A DNA stretch of 53,394 nucleotides. It comes from an uncultured bacterium (GTDB lineage: Bacteria; Electryoneota; Electryoneia; Electryoneales; Electryoneaceae). The position numbers were made by a program, and so were the translations under genes. This document shows positions 42,101-44,473 of the stretch, piece by piece; positions within the stretch are counted from its first letter, which is position 1; every line of letters begins with the position of its first letter. The DNA lies in the NCBI GenBank assembly GCA_964648415.1, contig CAZYOC010000001.1, positions 1-53,394 on the forward strand, in the 5' to 3' direction. The notes under the pieces are model-generated. The model saw nothing but the letters and a program-made list of their open reading frames with translations. It had not been told where the DNA came from and searched no databases.

Positions 42101-44400
42101 GCAACACCGAGGGAACCTGGGCGCAGGATACCCTGTCGATGCACGTGTACATCGTGGAGCCGCCCGACGCCTTCACCATGGCGTATCCGGGCGACGGCGA
42201 CACGGTGGACGCGGAAGAGGTGACGGTAACCTGGAACCGGGCAAGCGATCCCGACCCGGGCGACGCGGTGAGCTACGAGATCCAGTGGTCGGCGGATGCG
42301 GACTTCAGCACCGTCAACACCGGCACAACCAGTGACACGTTCTTCACCATCAGCGACCTGAGCGAGCTGATGGTCGCCTCGCAGCCTTGCGCTGACGGGG
42401 AGATCACGCTGCGCGGCGGCATGGAGCTGTTGCGTGACAGCCGTCGAGGCGGCAGTGTGGAGCTTGGTAGCGGACGCAGTCGCGGGCCGGTGGCGGAGCT
42501 GAACGAGCAGCCGAGCGAGGGTGCGACCGGCTTCTCCTCCAGGCAGCGCGAAAAAATCGGACGGACGGAGCGCAGCCGCGGCAAGGGCCGCGCCGCACTG
42601 AACAGCCTGACAGAAGAACGCGGCACAAATCTCGCACCTCACCGCCGTGGCAGCGGCCCGACCGGCGTTACGGGGCTGGATCAGCGTGTCGGCGGCACGG
42701 GCGAGCTGGACGAGCTGCCGGACAACAGCACCATCTACTGGCGGGTGCGGGCGATCGACAGCTTCGACAGCACCACCTGGGCGGACGGCGACAGCACCGG
42801 CCGAGCGTTTGACGTCATCCGCGCCGATGCGCCGAGCACCTTCAGCCTGCTGACCCCGCAGAACGGCAGCAGCCTGGATCAGAGCACGGCCACGCTGAGC
42901 TGGCAGACCTCGAACGATCCCGATCTGGACGGCGCCGTGCCCAGCTACCGTGTCTGGTGGGCCACCGATCCGCAGTTTGACAACGTCGATTCGGCGGACG
43001 TAAACGATACCGAACTGAACCTGGACAACCTGACCGACGACACCGTGTACTGGTGGAAAGTCCGCGCACTGGACGACAACACCGAGGGCACCATGTCGCG
43101 CCAGGTCTGGGCGTTCCAGGTCTTCATCCCCGAGCGGCCGACAGCGTTCAGCTTGCGGCAGCCGGCGAACAACGGTGTCGCCACCGAAGACAGCGTCACC
43201 CTGACCTGGACCCGCGCCAGTGATCCCGACCCGGGCGACAGCCTGCAGTATCGTGTCGAATACTCGACCGACAGCGCGTTCCCGGCCGGAGATACCGAGG
43301 TCGCCACGGTCCGCGACACCTTCCTGCTGATCAGCGGGCTGGAAGCGGACTACGACGACCGGACGCTCTACTGGCGGGTGCAGGCGGAAGACCTGTTCGG
43401 CATGACACGGTACGGCGAGCCGGGCGAGAATGGCCGCCAGTTTGACGTGCGCATCGCTCATCCGCCGCTGCCCTTCGAGCTGGTCAGTCCGTCGGCCAAG
43501 TCCATTATTGCGGACACCGTGGTCTCCTTTAGCTGGGAGAGCAGCAGTGATCCCGACATGGAAGACACGCTGCGGTACGAGCTGTGGGTCAGCACAACCA
43601 ACGACTTTGATGAGGACAACACCACGGTGTATCCGGACATCGCCAACGCGCAGTATGTGTTGACCGGCTTGCTGGACGACCGCGTGTACCACTGGAAAGT
43701 CAAGGCGGTGGACAGCAACACGGACGGTACCTGGTCCACCGATCAGGGCTCGTTCCAGACGTCTCGTCCCGAACCGCCGACCCCGTTCGACCTGGTGCGC
43801 GTCATGGACGGCGACACGTTGAACGCCGACGAGATCCGCAACCTGCTGTTCGAGTGGAAAGCGTCGCACGATCCCGATCCGGGTCAGGAGGTGAAGTACC
43901 TGCTGGTTCTCGACGAGGAGCAGGATTCCAGCGCGACAGAAGAAGCGATTCATCTGGAGCTGACCGTCCGCGAAGCGCCGTCGTTCGTCGTACCGGTGCG
44001 CAGCGAGCTGGAAGACACGTTCTGGGACGAGATGCTGCACTTCACTTGGTACGTGAAGGCGGTTTCGGGCGCGGATACGGTGGAGAGCGGCAGCCGGTTC
44101 AGCTTCCACGTGGCACCGAACCAGAAGGATGTCCCGACCACCTTCAGCATGGGCGCGCCTTATCCGAACCCGTGCAATCCGACCACGCAAGTGAAGGTCG
44201 GCTTGCCGAGCTCGGCGCATGTGCGCATTGAAGTCTTTGACATGCTGGGCCGGCGGGTGGACATCATTACCAGCCGGCAGTACGCCGCCGGTTATCACCA
44301 GTTCTTCTGGACGGCGGAAGGCGCGTCCGGGACGTACATCATGCGGGTGACGACATCCGCCGGCTGGTCGGACATTCGGAAGATTGTATTCTTGAAATAG
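15106..44400 (+). CDS. giant (9,764 aa) cell-surface protein: signal peptide, beta-sandwich head, 89 FN3-like modules, T9SS C-terminal sorting domain
   Basis: A single ORF with no stop for 29,295 nt. GGAGGA at 15093-15098 lies 7 nt before the ATG. Signal peptide MRTLRLICVLLLLTGTAWS. Repeating module: P.AF.L.SP..G......V.L.W....DPDGD.VTYDVYVS...G.LG..VA..L..T.Y.F.G.D..TYYWTV.A.D..GN.T...QTWSF. The C-terminus is YPNPCNPTTQVKVGLPSSAHVRIEVFDMLGRRV...GTYIMRV...IRKIVFLK. Confidence 0.92.
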   Translation: MRTLRLICVLLLLTGTAWSFSDDFETDLSQWTGDWVRTNEAAYSGTWCITESPGGDYGNLEYKTIEMVSGEDLDQAILGSELTFWARYETEEHFDFWYVDISLDGGLTWNQEAAFHGTALTWTQYTVDLEGYIGNNDVRARFRFDSDQAVVENGVWIDNVEITITVDDVSPPLVLHDAVPVDSAIDGQYDPVFTVRDRSGVDYVNLYYRVNDSDTLQAQFDYLNNDDYHFDIPPYTPGYRVTYWIEAGDSWTPQNEDSYGPWEYYCGTMISYDNGVNDDDIIVNQGAGGRFAVEFTDPGDPDLYLAAVLYGFYRDPGRTIDSVDCIVWDDNAGWPGNQVIGEIPVYPENTLATPYAVTRVDMVPYDYEINGDFHAGFEYRSNRPYILGDNPATQNRSEQYDGGWSNLNRDLHIRALTGDIYAYLPNNPTAFQLEEPADEDTSDTENVTVRWTQSTDSDPNDYIRYDLEWSVNSDFSASSTVTITDTFYTITGLSDNTTYYWRVKSRDAFHNEEWADPGDTGYQFHVYTPENPNVFNLTSPANASVSTTSDVVLTWEAATDPDPDDVLTYDVYVSTDAGNLGTPVATGLSATTYTFSGNDDTQYWWTVRAVDNHGLETQAIQTWRFSLDIEDAPNPFDLASPADGTVSTSTAVTLTWNAATDPDGDALVYDVYVSTDAGNLGTPVVTGMTLLSYTFNGVDDETYYWSVRARDPSNNSTMANQTWSFSIEVEDPPGTFDLASPANGAVETAATVNLTWDASVDPDGDAVTYDVYVSTNAGNLGTPDATDLTVTNFAFPGIDDQTYYWTVVAKDPNGNETDANQTWSFSINIGQAPDAFSLSSPADGYTSASATVSLAWDATTDPDPGDDVTYSVYVSTNAGNLGAPVATGLTATTYDFTGVNNNTYYWTVRAVDTDGHSTQADQTWSFDISVNAAPLAFNLTSPADGNTETATAVDLDWETTTDPDGDPLTYDVYVSLDAFDLGTPVATDLGASSYTYNGTNGNTYYWTVRAKDDNGNETSANQTWSFDISVNDPPTAFSLASPADATTSSTASVTLTWDASTDPEGGPITYNLYVSTDAGDLGTPVASGLTGTSNTFNGSDDTQYYWTVRAYDSAGNMTQADQTWSFDVYVEESPAAFNLAAPGDGSTMGATAVNLSWDASTDPDGDAVTYDVYVSTDAGNLGTPVATDLAGTSYTYNGTDLTTYYWTVYARDPNGNQTQAIETWSFDIDVDYAPDAFNLLTPADGTVSSTVAVPLTWESTTDADGETITYDVYVSTDAGNLGTPVATDLSATSYTFNGADNTTYYWTIRAKDGANETQANQTWSFSTDEEFAPDPFNLTSPSDFHIFNSTTTIALDWEATTDPDGDPVTYDVYVSTTQGDLGTLVADDIAVSNYDFSGSDGEEYWWTVFAFDDNGNSTQSNQTWKFSIFIQEVPGAFDLLDPTNGETVYTLDVPLSWEASVDPDPGDNVVYDVYVGTQIWNLGQVATGVTGTSYTYTGIDGNTYYWTVDARDAVGNTTTASQTWSFTIDYEPPPAAFNLTSPADGTVSGTNSVDLDWETTTDPDGGAITYDVYVSTDPGNMGAAVATGLNTTSYTFNGSDDTQYYWTVHALDPDGGETTANQTWGFSIYVEEAPGAFDLSSPADAATEPAATVSLAWDASVDPDGDAVTYDVYVSTDAGNLGTPVATDLSATTYDFTGSDNTTYYWTIQAKDPNGNATDANQTWSFDIFVDDPPDAFSLASPADGSTQGAATVSLTWNAATDPEGLAVTYDVYVSTDAGNLETPVTTDLAATTYDYTGSDNTTYYWTVHAKDPAGNETPASETRSFDIYVEEAPGAFDLTGPADGSTQTSLTVTMTWDASTDPDGDDVTYDVYASTDAGDVFSNQVASDLTAATYDFTGSDNTTYYWSVRAKDPNGNETDANQTWSFDIVYDDPPDAFSLDSPADASTSPTATVSLAWNSTTDPEGQDVTYDVYVSTDMGTLFDAPVESDLSVLTYDFAGLDDSTYYWTVRAKDENGNERQASETWTFDIYVEEAPDAFNLLSVADGTTSNTLTVDLAWESTSDPDGDNITYDVYVSTDAGDLGTPVAADLNVTIYTFTGLDDSTYYWTVFAKDPNGNETQATQTWSFDIYVEEAPDAFSLTSPADVSTQTSTTVTLTWNASADPDGDAVTYDVYVSTDAGNLGAPVATDLTVLTYDHTGSDDVTYYWTVVAKDPNGNETQASETWSFEIYIEEAPGAFDLASPADGTTSSTATVTLTWNASTDPDGDAVVYDVYVSTDAGDLGTPVATDLGALTWDFTGLDDSTYYWTVHAKDGNGNDVAANQTWSFDIYVEEAPDAFSLASPADASTQTSTTVTLAWNATTDPDGDAVTYDVYVSTDAGNLGTPVATDLTVLTYDHTGSDDQTYYWTVVAKDPNGNETPASETRSFDIYIEEAPQAFDLSSPADSYVSPVTNVALTWDATTDPDGDAVTYDVYVSTDAGNLGTPVATDLSALTYNYTGSDDQTYYWTVVAKDPNGNETSAASTWSFDIYIEEAPGAFDLASPADGSVQGATTVTLTWNTSTDPDGDAVTYDVYVSTDAGNVFGSPVATDLNATTYDFTGSDNQTYFWSVRAKDPNGSVTTANQTWDFEIYVEEAPGAFSLTSPADGSTLGAITATLEWGASVDPDGDAVTYDVYVSTDLGTLFDAPVATDLTVRSYDHTGSDNTTYHWAIIAKDPNGNETQSTQTWSFDIYVEEAPVAFDLTSPADATVSSTTTVTLNWNSTIDPDGDAVTYDVYVSTDAGNLGAPVATDLVASSYDYTGSDDQTYYWTVRAKDPNGNETQANQTWSFSIYVEEAPNAFSLTSPADATVSPAVDVTLNWNSTTDPDGDPVTYDLYVSTDAGNLGTPIASDITVTTYDFTGTDDETYYWTVVAKDGNGNETQATQTWSFSIYVEEAPNTFSLAGPASGTVSGAVDVALSWNSTTDPDGDAVTYDVYVSTDAGNMGTPVASDLTTTNYTFTGSDNTQYWWTVRAKDPNGNETQASQTWSFSIYVEEAPNPFTLANPPDGSTHESENVTVTWNLTTDPDGDPIYYDIYISTDPGDMGTPVVDSLPGPSYTYTGNDLTTYYWTVVAYDDNGNETQANQTWSFFIDIEHEPGEFDLAGPNSGWISPSATVTLEWETSVDPDGDPVTYDVFLGPTAGSLTETVSDLTDTTYEFTGNDDSQYWWTVQASDDNANEVWADNTWNFSIYVEEAPGAFSLSSPADGHTAPDTLVALSWTASVDPDGDPVSYDVYVSTDPGDLGMPVASDVTGTTYTFDGEDDTQYYWTVTAKDNNSNSTPVGETRSFSIYREEAPQPFTLVSPANGAVMGTSTVTLTWNTTTDPDGDAVTYDVYVSTDAGTLFDTPTATDLTSATYDFSGSDDTRYHWGVVAKDPNGNETQSTNTRYFDIYVEEAPGAFTLTSPANGQVMGATSVSLQWSASVDPDGDPVVYDVYVSTDAGDLGTPVAGGISATQWTFNGSDDVTYYWSVTARDNHSNSTPVGETRSFSIYVEESPLAFNLTSPANGTISGSATVTLNWAATSDPDGDDVTYDVYVSTDAGNMGTPVASDLTVNNYIFNGNDDTRYYWTVRAKDPNGNETQANQTWWFETYVEEAPSTFSLVSPDSGNVMGATAVTLQWNASTDPDGDPVRYDVYVSTDAGNLGTPVATNLTGTSYTYNGSDDTQYWWTVRARDNNGNATNASETWSFDIYVEEPPSAFSLVNPADGTVSPTTAVDLSWNTSTDPDGDDVTYDVYVSTDAGNLGTPVASDLTTTSYTFNGSDDTSYYWTVRAKDPNGNETQATQTWQFEIYVEEGPDAFSLSSPADGTVSGSATVSLVWNTTTDPDGDAVTYDVYAGTDAGDLLSSPVATDLTVANYDFTGLDDSTYTWTVIAKDPNGNETQASETWTFSIYVEEPPPAFSLLTPTDASTEPATDVELTWEPAPDPDGDDVTYDVFVSLDPGDLGTAVATGLTTTSHTFSGDDDSTYTWTVRANDTNGNSTDATETWTFDIHVEEAPLAFNMISPADGAVSPNAAVTLQWQNTTDPDGDTVVFDVYVSHDAGDLGTPVATDLSTTSYTYTGDDDSTYYWSVFARDGNGSETQASNGIWEFSIYVEEAPGAFSLLSPVNGAIRSTATVNLQWTASVDPDGDAVTYDIFVSTDPGNMGTPVQTGVTATSWTFNGNDDTQYWWTVRANDPNGNQTMATNTRTFSIYVEEAPEPFSLLSPADGTVSGTDEVTLIWENTIEPDGDPVEYDLYVSTDLNNLGTPIADNITDTTYSFTGSDDQTYYWTVVAYDDQNNDTPADQTWSFEIYIEEPPSAFALATPDSGIVSPDTVVTLTWDRSTDPDGDALTYDVYVSTDMNNLGTPVAENLTDTSYTFTGDDDTQYWWTVEVDDGNGNVVQADQTWSFDIDVEDVPDTFTLLSPADGSTSPTATVDLTWQSTSDLDSDPITYDLYVSTDLNNLGAPVQTGLTDTTASFTGSDDTAYWWTVIADDGNGNTVAATDTFGFDIYVEEYPNAFALLSPDSGHVSPGTDVTLIWTSTSDPDGDAVSYDLFISTDMNNLGAAVATDLTDTSYAFTGNDDTEYWWTVVAGDVNGNETAAPDTFSFSIYVEEGPGAFTLATPADGSVEPDTDVLLIWDTSTDPDGDAVTYDLYLANDVGGLATPYQTGLTDTFYTFTGTDNTSRLWTVVAGDPNGNTTAAADTFSFDIYVEEPPAAFDLVAPDSGWTSPWLDVDLSWDYSSDPDGDVLFYDVYVSTDQGNPGAPVMTDLTDSTWTFAAVHGNTYWWTVEVDDGNGNVVQASQTWSFEVDTSLAGQAPLAFDLASPDSGATIATEDVLLTWFPTTDPNGDDIVYDVYVHQAQGQLLTTPVATDLTNTSYTYTGVHDTPYWWTIIARDPIGNQTQANQTWRFHVHTANPGNAPGAFSLTGPDSGWVSPSTDVLLSWEESIDADGDDVLYDVFVSQTAGVIGTRVASNLNGTSYIHSGGNGDTLYWTVQAKDPSGNYTQANETWSYSIDVSGADQPPTAFGLAGPSDGSVQPVTDVLLSWEPSSDPEGMDVSYEVYASTVQGFLGSRVASDLTGLSYTFTGSNNETYYWTIIAYDEAGNSTQSDETWSFAVDTSQQNNAPAAFSLVSPDSGWTSPSADVLLSWESTTDPDGDNVTYDVYLSTSSSDIGTRVAANLTGTSYTHTGADGDTLFWTVRAVDTYGNQTQSSETWSFDIDLGNANQPPAAFTLASPSDGYVSPSTDVLMTWETSSDPEGGAVTYDVYVSTVPGFLGTRVAHDLSGASHTFTGSDATSYYWTVIAADADGNTTQSDVTWAFEIDLTQANNPPNAFSLAAPDSGWTSPSTDVLLSWENATDPDGDNVTYDVYISSTSSDIGTRVASGLTGTSYSHSGSDGDTLFWTVRAVDDNNNQTQSTESWSFDIDLGNANQPPAAFTLASPSDGYVSPATDVLMTWEASSDPEGGAVTYDVYVSTIAGFPGTRVAHDVSGTSHTYSGSDGETYYWTVIASDADGNTTQSDVTRSFEIDLTQANNAPEAFSLVAPDSGWTSPSTDVLLSWESATDPDGDAVTYDLYISTTSADIGTRIANGLTGTSYSYTGSDGDTLFWTIRAVDAFGNQTQSTESWSFDIDLGNANQPPAAFTLASPSDGYVSPATDVLMTWQGTTDPEGGAVTYDVYVSTTPGFLGTRVANDLNATNYTFTGSDAATYYWTVIAADASGNTTQSTDTWSFEIDLGNADSAPTAFSLVAPDSGWTSPNTDVLLSWQASSDPDGGDVTYDLYTSATSADIGTRIASGLTGTSYSYSASDGDTLFWTIRAVDAGNNQTQSTQSWSFTIDISVANDPPAAFTLVSPADGFVSPATDVLLTWNTTTDPEGAGVTYDVYASTTPGFLGTRIADNLAGTSYTFTGSDGETYYWTVIASDPSGNFTQADETWSFEIDTPVSNNAPNAFSLTAPDSGWASPSADVVLSWEETTDPDGEEVSYEVYISTVQGFIGTRVASGLTGATYIHTGVTGETYFWTVRAVDPNGDATQSTETWAFSIDTDNANDPPVAFTLVSPLNGHVSPSPDVLLTWNGATDPEGGDVEYDVYVSTVPGFLGARVAAGLSGTSYSYTGVDGETYYWTVVAEDVDGNRTQADETWSFSIDESQATTPPTAFSLTSPADGFASTNSLVIMTWNESTDPDGGNVSYDVYLSTVDGFIGVRMATGLSLPTYAFNGTPGETYWWTVRAVDDSGEETQSNETRSFSIDNTVTGQPPAAFSLTAPDSGHVSPVETVTLSWDVTTDPDGDAVTYDVYVSDDPVDLGTADVTGLAGTSWDFTGTDGETYYWTVRASDGNGNDTQAGETWSFSIDASLPGDPPNAFDLASPADGSTEFYQDVQLVWNSTDDPDGDAVTYDVYVSDVDGFLGSRIAQDLTDTTATFTGVDGTQYWWTVQAVDATGRSTQANQTWSFTIDVNYPVESFSLLAPDSGYVSGNEDVLLSWEHAVDPEGEDVTYDVYVSTDPGDLGTPVADDLAGASYSFTGTDGQTYWWTVEAWDGDVAVTPADQTWSFSIDTGTVPPGNDPPNAFSLAGPDSGFVSPVTDVLLSWEASADPDGDAVTYDVYLSLSESFLGSRIASGLTETNYTCSSSDGDQWYWTIVASDEYDATTQSSETWSFSIDTGAVPPDNDPPNSFTLASPDSGFISPEQDVLLTWNQAIDPDGDAVTYEVYVSMVQGDLGTRVAANLTGTSYSYTGTDGALHWWTVRALDSNNQATFADQTWRFGVNTGSTPPGNDPPNAFSLASPSDGFVSPVTDVLLTWNQATDPDGDDVTYEVYLSADPAFVGTRMASGLTGTSWNFSGTDDEEWYWTIRALDTEDQSRLSTETWSFSIDTGTVPPGNDPPNSFALVAPDSGHVSPDFSVNLSWETAVDPDDDEVTYDVFVSSVQGELGARVAAELTGTSFEYTGIDGQQYWWTVKAYDSNNLLTDADQTWSFSIDAAQANQPPLAFDLTSPADGYQSPMNSVDLAWQTTTDPEGDPVSYDVYISTVQGFPGTRFAANLTNTNYTFDGVNGETYYWTVIAADESNNETQSTTTRSFSINTDVAGDPPVAFDLASPDSGYVSVETDVDLTWNATSDPDGGAVTYDVYVSDDPAYLGVQVAQNLSGTSYMHTGADGDTLYWTVRAYDEDGMWTQASQTWSFSIDSDLPGSAPAAFDLAAPDNNTVSPVETVTLSWNATSDPDGGDVTYEVFVSTQLGFLGTRLASNLGATSYEFAGSDGDQYWWTIRAVDEDGMWTQANQTWTFSIDATQASQPPLAFNLAGPDSGYTSPDTDVLLSWFDSADPDGEDVEYDVYVSTVQGFLGTRVAGDLAAASYTYTGSDGETYWWTVLAVDGDGMQTQANQTWSFSVDTSVPGNAPNAFSLDSPIDGSVETSTAVDLAWDATTDPDGDDVTYDVYVSQVLGFPGTRIAANLTDLTTTFNGQDGETYYWMVYAKDPDGHQTQANQTWSFSIDAEQVGEAPLAFDLAAPDSGFVAPETMVDLSWNATTDPDGDDVSYAVYVSTTQGVFGAPLASGLTATSYSFTGTNGQAYWWKIIASDTNNNDTESTQSWSFSIDTSVPGTPPLAFELTGPDSGMTFGQEEVSLSWQTTTDPDGGAVGYDVYVSTVQGELGTRVASDLGGAGYEFAGTDGETYHWTVRAVDEDGMWTQADQTWSFSIDIAVPGDAPGAFDLATPADGSTEGGVDVDLTWNASTDPDGDDVTYEVYVSEIEGFLGQRVASDLTVTTWTFTGVDNGEYWWTVHASDPSGHVTAANQTWGFDIFVQEPPLPFSLVSPDSGYQSADTLVTLSWQTTSDPDGDDVLYDVYVSGDPGDLGDAVVTDLAGTSYEYDAERDTTLYWTVFANDGAGNETQASETWSFSIDAEAVGNPPAAFSLAAPDSGSLSPYTDVDLSWFESTDPDGDAVTYDVYISTVEGFLGQRVAQDLTVTSYTYTGVEGETYWWTIKAVDVNGNQTQSTETWSFEIDTDVPGFPPVAFGLTGPDSGYVSAVEDVLLSWAASSDPEGGAVTYDVYVSTDPADLGTRVAQDLTGTSYEFTGSDAQTYYWTVRAMDVDGLWTQADESWSFSIDTTVPGDAPDAFSLLTPADNFQSATLDVAMTWEASSDPDGGAVTYDVYVSTDPLFQGTRVASDLAGTSYLYTGVNGQEYYWTVRAVDEDGMWTESSETWSFSINTGTVPPQNEAPLAFDLAGPDSGYVSLITDVDLSWFEAVDPDGDEVSYDVYISPVEGFLGELVAEDLEGASYSFAGTDGELYWWTVIATDENGLWTQATQQWSFSVEETVIGSEPNAFSLVSPADGVTLNDLAVTLQWNSTTDPDGDDVTYEVYASTVDGFLGTRLAAGLTITSYDLTASDDTQYWWTIRAVDEDGNWTQANETWTFSIFVEDPPGPFTLAAPDSGDTVRTTTAELSWFESVDPDGDEVTYSLYVSTDPANMGAAVTTDHAPTSYAYDGTDGETYWWTVTATDENANSTAATDTFSFTIDATVIGNPPEAFSLAAPDSGDVLPYTQIDLSWFESFDQDGQDVTYSVYVSTVEGYLGTRMAANLTVTSYTFTGQDGETYWWTVRAVDEDGNVTQADETWSVSIDLSNFNEPPTPVVLASPQDGSLVGFEEVDLTWFSSTDPDGGDVLYDVYVSLTEDNLGTRYGENLADTLYTFDGVDEVTYYWTVVARDEDHNQTSSENWDFTIHTAGVPSPFALLSPDDDAHIDDDTVTVAWSESVDPDNGDPITYHLEVSTDAQFQPYVTYTTADLQYTIANFMGLAARINGMKDEQPQPREDGRVDFRPSGSFGSVRVSGLGVASPGGGDELDELPDDLTLYWRVRAYDNDNLYTYGDPGESGRSFTTDQVEAPEAFSLLSPSEGDTVWSSETLMSWEAATDPDPYDTPHYDIWLDDSSDMSGASLAADSIAADSFTMTGLLDDQTYWWTVRATDSNTEGTWAQDTLSMHVYIVEPPDAFTMAYPGDGDTVDAEEVTVTWNRASDPDPGDAVSYEIQWSADADFSTVNTGTTSDTFFTISDLSELMVASQPCADGEITLRGGMELLRDSRRGGSVELGSGRSRGPVAELNEQPSEGATGFSSRQREKIGRTERSRGKGRAALNSLTEERGTNLAPHRRGSGPTGVTGLDQRVGGTGELDELPDNSTIYWRVRAIDSFDSTTWADGDSTGRAFDVIRADAPSTFSLLTPQNGSSLDQSTATLSWQTSNDPDLDGAVPSYRVWWATDPQFDNVDSADVNDTELNLDNLTDDTVYWWKVRALDDNTEGTMSRQVWAFQVFIPERPTAFSLRQPANNGVATEDSVTLTWTRASDPDPGDSLQYRVEYSTDSAFPAGDTEVATVRDTFLLISGLEADYDDRTLYWRVQAEDLFGMTRYGEPGENGRQFDVRIAHPPLPFELVSPSAKSIIADTVVSFSWESSSDPDMEDTLRYELWVSTTNDFDEDNTTVYPDIANAQYVLTGLLDDRVYHWKVKAVDSNTDGTWSTDQGSFQTSRPEPPTPFDLVRVMDGDTLNADEIRNLLFEWKASHDPDPGQEVKYLLVLDEEQDSSATEEAIHLELTVREAPSFVVPVRSELEDTFWDEMLHFTWYVKAVSGADTVESGSRFSFHVAPNQKDVPTTFSMGAPYPNPCNPTTQVKVGLPSSAHVRIEVFDMLGRRVDIITSRQYAAGYHQFFWTAEGASGTYIMRVTTSAGWSDIRKIVFLK
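15163..16380 (+). other. N-terminal non-repeat head of the giant protein (jelly-roll MAM/LamG-like domain plus further beta-sandwich regions)
   Basis: FSDDFETDLSQWTGDW...YSGTWCITESPGG...TFWARYETEEHFDFWYVDISLDGGLTWN...RARFRFDSDQAVVENGVWIDNVEI has the pattern of MAM/choice-of-anchor-type beta-sandwich domains. This call is by eye only. Confidence 0.5.
16696..29319 (+). repeat. type A FN3-like module array: 42 modules of ~300 nt (100 aa), linker ..SF.IYVEE
   Basis: Counted module by module from the translation: 12,624 nt / 42 = 300.6 nt per unit. Confidence 0.85.
29320..41382 (+). repeat. type B FN3-like module array: 39 modules of ~309 nt (103-106 aa), longer linker ..SFSID(x6-9)
   Basis: Counted from the translation: 12,063 nt / 39 = 309.3 nt per unit. 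SPDSG(W/Y/F)xSP and GFLGTR variants distinguish it from type A. Confidence 0.85.
41383..44130 (+). repeat. type C divergent FN3-like modules (7), two carrying large Arg/Gly-rich insertions
   Basis: These modules keep the L.W....DPD and (L/V)YW(R/K)V.A.D landmarks but are much more diverged. They resemble module 1 (16384-16695) at the other end of the array. Confidence 0.7.
44131..44397 (+). other. T9SS C-terminal sorting domain of the giant protein
   Basis: VPTTFSMGAPYPNPCNPTTQVKVGLPSSAHVRIEVFDMLGRRVDIITSRQYAAGYHQFFWTAEGASGTYIMRVTTSAGWSDIRKIVFLK aligns by eye with the CTDs of the CDSs at 5011, 11423 and 50309. Confidence 0.8.
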
Positions 44401-44473
44401 AAGGGACAGCGGTGCCACGGCTTGATTCCGTGGCAGGGCAGTCGTGGCGCCGTCAACGTCCCGGGGAGGACAC

